A DNA stretch of 16,693 bases from Promethearchaeia archaeon (GTDB lineage: Archaea; Asgardarchaeota; Lokiarchaeia; Sigyniarchaeales; SOKP01). The position numbers and the translations under genes were made by a program. The stretch is from assembly GCA_046483985.1 (NCBI GenBank), contig JAWOCD010000064.1:1-16693 (forward strand). The letters run 5' to 3'. The notes beneath the pieces are model-generated. The model was not told where the DNA came from. It worked only from the letters and a program-made list of their open reading frames with translations, and made no database searches. Position 1 is the stretch's first letter; each line of letters opens with the position of its first letter. Positions 14,901 through 16,693 of this stretch are shown here, piece by piece.

Positions 14901-16693
14901 TGGCCGGTAATTATAAAGAATCGACCAAACAACCAGAAGTTACCATTGACTTGGATTTCACGCCCGCAACGCCAGCGCCTTTAGACCCCTACTTTAATGA
15001 CACGGTCACGCTTGACTGGTCGGAAAATCCCGGCAATACCACGATAATTGACTATTATCGGGTTCACTGGGCAAAGGATTCCGAAGGGCCGTGGGATTCG
15101 CTTGAATGGTTAGCCGGTGATGAGACGACATATGAGTTTGATCCGATGGCACATGACACTTCTCCCGAGAACGGGACCTATTATTTGAAATTAGAATCTT
15201 ATAATGACGATGAAGGGATGGGGCTCTTTTCGGGCTCGGAATCCTCGTTCTATGATACCGAGACACCGATACCGGGGGCAATAACGGATATTCCCGACGA
15301 ATATTACCCGTCCACGGCGGAAATTTATGTGGATTGGGGCGGACACTTTGACGCTTTCGCGGGCATCGATTATTTTGAATTATATCGAAGCGAGAATAGC
15401 AATGCACCCGAAGATTATGAAAAAATTGCGACTCGCCCCGAGGACAAGTCCTATTATTACGATACCGACCTTACGAATGAAACTACCTATCGATATTTTG
15501 TACGCGTATACGATAAAGCAGGGAATTTTGACGAAACGTCGGTAGAAAAAGTGACCTATTACGATACCTATGTGGATGCCGAACCCAATCTGAAAGTCGA
15601 CACGATAGAGATTTCGAAGGAGGAAGCGCAAAGAGGGTCGGACTATCCATTCGACGTAAATGTAACCGTTAATAATATCGGCAAAGCCGAAGGAGATGTA
15701 AGTTCAATTTGGTTGAAGTTTCAGCATCCTACATACGGAAATGTTACGGATCAATACAATGTTACGGATCCAGATCCGAATGTACCCAAGACCGTTCCCG
15801 CTGAAGATTCCGTCACATTTACCTTCACCGATTGCTACGCATACGAATACGCATATGAGGGGTCAATTACGGTCGATGCGGCGATTCGCGGAGACACGAA
15901 CGATACTAATGCCGATACCACGGATTCGATATTGATTGAAGATGTCGTCATCCCGAATTTCATAAGCGCAGAAGTATCTCCAGACCCCTTAGAATCAGGA
16001 AACGAGCTAACGATTGAAACGGAGATAGACGATAAAGGAGTTAACGTCAAAACTGTAACTGCCGCGATCTTTACCCCAGGTGATGAGAAATTGGGTGAAA
16101 TTGAGTTGATAGAAAGCGATGGAGTATGGAACGGAACATGGGACTCTTCGGCTACTGATCCAAATGAGGATTATTATACCAATATTACCGCATCAAATGA
16201 ACAAGAACAGACGAATACAACAACCGTATTTTTTGATATCGTGGAAGAAGACACGGAACCTCCCGAGGTGAGCATTACGGATGCAGATACATCGGCAGAA
16301 TATGAAACCGGTTCGATTTCTGTCAACGCAACGGTCACGGACAACCGTGAATTGGACACGGTCAATATCACATTTTACGAACCCGATGCTACTCTTATCG
16401 GTACCTATGAGATGGACAATTCATCAGGTGGCACCTTTACCTACACGTGGGATGTGGGAACATACGCACCCGCAGAAGATTATAACTTTACGATCATTGC
16501 CGAGGATGTATCCGGAAACGTCAACGATACCGAAGGGGATACCTTTGCCATCGAGGACACGGTACCTCCCGAGGTGACAGATATTGTTGCCGAAGAGTCG
16601 GTAGAGTACGGAACCGAGTTAAATGTCAACGCAACGGTCACGGACACCCACGAATTGGACACGGTCAATATCACGTTTTACGAACCCGATGCT
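11927..16693 (+). CDS. Giant secreted/surface acidic protein, 3'-partial (at least 1589 aa): signal/TM, ~750-aa unknown domain, Ig-like, 3 FN3-like, CARDB-like and repeated Ig-like domains
   Basis: Manual translation from ATG 11927 (MERNLTHTRKRQLAFLCIGVLALQFVVFGLLL...) finds no stop before the window end, which explains its absence from the ORF track. FN3: DPPNPP...VDLNWSGASDNGKLDYYVIYRNG...WTDTDVTDGETYTYSIRVYDMAGN (~14670-14915) plus two more to ~15540. CARDB-like PNLKVDTIEIS...VNVTVNNIGKAEG (~15583). DTxPPEV...VNATVTD repeats from ~16250. Confidence 0.92.
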   Translation, partial: MERNLTHTRKRQLAFLCIGVLALQFVVFGLLLNNENAMTTIDNGNENNDNDDLGKNEEILSGEGTLPNITREDAPLILKNESNPDLWAKLHGLSVENIRIAYFTEGNDWELAPFQLDEKGYLRTFKYEMAYAADVSTSWTLGSLDDLALNSWGHYEVRHGYVGRHIDATPGDAREDQQLTKTEAEQSIYDYRENETYFEDPYPEPSEEEEWNSTIHSEDDPPKLEQLNYRIDYDDELVFPAKNGKTVGEHSWWNYEEFPNRYRVEITDPVDGGQSWLYIYYNEEDTSRDPESGKFTTNAPEKSSYIPPGEKSYVDWDKENLQITADTYELGFDPDNLNLQESLRIKESGLAPNDLLTTKDKQYFSIWFHAYMSESGATLDVTDSTEVWRDGEWYEGTYNDQYSALGYGIAMDHSWEDATSGERTAHPDDYNDGNDPVTQGLCTEEETNTVQDDGDDTGGIDPDQDQDGNTAEDLPFVRGWFYNASREIERDGTGNINNLNRDDYLVPRHDLTAPQGYTGTHEAAIDGPVRTILDRFTVQMINLDVGDQIGYAELWTTETETYKFYGDMLEHDPMQLNLTEIAGDDDLITLYPHYAFIFGERYSDFVRQDAEAGNAFTALGRAPSNVPGIKEDYQQCDDEGKTKWTNDYANNYETNSLILTPDGQGGDDVSSPTVGSWDDDYYNNPSEGHYDDSTPLVPDNASNPLSDWKYLHTSSGGMWSYVPYQEWWAMFQQDGGYLSTYWADEADYSELSVFGHRGDTMGSTEEFERRYVFGNFTYWESLREYARMKDDINENVEYVEEEWPGGVIFEDSSVYVNDELQSETAYLKNGDEVNILVDLYYNESLTKDLFTVDTSSFNSNNDSKVEVFDESRDIWNISFTVDSDEPDRVPPSSGYAVNITVEVDPEGSYIEELYLDNDPPNPPDTFNGEQPAGVAQVDLNWSGASDNGKLDYYVIYRNGQPVKTLDAPASEWTDTDVTDGETYTYSIRVYDMAGNYKESTKQPEVTIDLDFTPATPAPLDPYFNDTVTLDWSENPGNTTIIDYYRVHWAKDSEGPWDSLEWLAGDETTYEFDPMAHDTSPENGTYYLKLESYNDDEGMGLFSGSESSFYDTETPIPGAITDIPDEYYPSTAEIYVDWGGHFDAFAGIDYFELYRSENSNAPEDYEKIATRPEDKSYYYDTDLTNETTYRYFVRVYDKAGNFDETSVEKVTYYDTYVDAEPNLKVDTIEISKEEAQRGSDYPFDVNVTVNNIGKAEGDVSSIWLKFQHPTYGNVTDQYNVTDPDPNVPKTVPAEDSVTFTFTDCYAYEYAYEGSITVDAAIRGDTNDTNADTTDSILIEDVVIPNFISAEVSPDPLESGNELTIETEIDDKGVNVKTVTAAIFTPGDEKLGEIELIESDGVWNGTWDSSATDPNEDYYTNITASNEQEQTNTTTVFFDIVEEDTEPPEVSITDADTSAEYETGSISVNATVTDNRELDTVNITFYEPDATLIGTYEMDNSSGGTFTYTWDVGTYAPAEDYNFTIIAEDVSGNVNDTEGDTFAIEDTVPPEVTDIVAEESVEYGTELNVNATVTDTHELDTVNITFYEPDA
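16247..16693 (+). repeat. Intragenic tandem repeat with a ~303-306 bp unit (Ig-like domain); second copy truncated by the window end
   Basis: 16321-16390 and 16624-16693 match at 66/70 nt. gacacgg(a/t)acctcccgaggtga occurs at 16250 and 16556. Confidence 0.92.

Noticed and set aside
11775-16674. Numerous 60-133 aa ORFs on both strands, suggesting a cluster of small genes
   Set aside because: All overlap the single long + frame starting at 11927 and are explained as its alternative-frame or antisense shadows.
16321-16693. Near-identical repeat pair as a possible diversity-generating retroelement TR/VR
   Set aside because: The mismatches are not confined to adenines of one copy (they include a T/C difference), both copies are in-frame domain repeats, and no reverse transcriptase is present in the window.

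Overview
AT-rich, gene-dense window that looks archaeal, most likely Asgard/Lokiarchaeia-like. This is an inference from the Rpn11/CSN5-like JAMM proteins, BRE-TATA-type promoters, T-rich terminators and sequon-rich surface proteins. Left to right it contains: (1) a 436-aa polytopic membrane protein (-); (2) a divergently transcribed, translationally coupled pair of full-length paralogous MPN+/JAMM metallo-isopeptidases, both with complete catalytic motifs and long acidic helical C-terminal tails (+); (3) a 779-aa membrane protein joining an alpha/beta-hydrolase fold with no catalytic Ser to a probable degenerate CPBP (Rce1/Abi)-like domain (+); (4) a short IS200/IS605-like hairpin; (5) a TPR protein (-); (6) a ~1000-aa type I surface glycoprotein with two GIFT (GldG/IFT52)-like domains and FN3-like domains (-); (7) a giant secreted acidic protein (+, from 11927, at least 1589 aa, running off the window and therefore missing from the ORF track) with an unknown N-terminal domain, FN3, CARDB-like and repeated Ig-like domains. 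The best candidate for an undescribed system is the tandem JAMM-coiled-coil pair, possibly acting with the adjacent double-pseudoenzyme membrane protein. All domain calls are by-eye motif recognition; no searches were run.
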